A stretch of DNA of 64,000 nucleotides from Botryllus schlosseri (taxonomy: Eukaryota). A program made the translations under genes and the position numbers. The stretch is from assembly GCA_051294905.1 (NCBI GenBank), contig CM119371.1, forward strand, positions 22,446,001 through 22,510,000, written 5' to 3'. Below the pieces are notes generated by a model. It saw only the letters and a program-made list of their open reading frames with translations, did not search any database and had not been told where the DNA came from. Positions 63,773 through 64,000 of this stretch are shown one piece after another (position 1 is the stretch's first letter; each line of letters starts with the position of its first letter).

Positions 63773-64000
63773 GTGTCAAACTGGAGATGGCGTTTGGATA
63801 GGGCTGAACTGCGCGACAATATGGATGGCACGAGTCCCTATTTGAATTGTATAACCATTGTTGAGCTGTGGTTTCATGCTTTTTTTATACATAATTAGAA
63901 GGACAGAAGGAAGTCGAAAGCTCAGTTAAGTCTAACATGTTGTAATGTTGTTGCCACCCGTATCATAAAAGTCAAATAGCGGGTTTTACTAATATCGCAA

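Overview
This is AT-rich, transposon-dense eukaryotic (probably marine invertebrate) genomic DNA with spliceosomal introns; no prokaryotic operons or CRISPR arrays were seen. The backbone is a segmentally duplicated locus. It holds ten same-strand tRNA-His(GUG)-family genes and pseudogenes and two paralogous three-exon Golgi carbohydrate sulfotransferase genes (CHST/HNK-1ST-like, minus strand, about 343 and 342 aa). Many nested non-autonomous DNA transposons overlie it: hAT-type with 8-bp TSDs, P/Galileo-like foldbacks with 7-bp TSDs, and piggyBac-like and Merlin-like MITEs. There are also two Penelope-like remnants, an R4-like fragment, tRNA-derived SINEs and a young 1.44-kb integrase-only LTR element. 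The most unusual signals are: (1) recurrent TA to TAGGCTA/TAGCCTA/TAGGCCTA micro-insertions, demonstrable against paralogous empty sites; (2) a covarying 18-nt hairpin at a fixed position upstream of the tRNA-His copies; (3) the integrase-only LTR element between two tRNA genes; (4) a MITE splitting a tRNA gene in its A box; (5) a degenerate His copy with a CUA anticodon. All family assignments come from motif recognition by eye, not from database searches.
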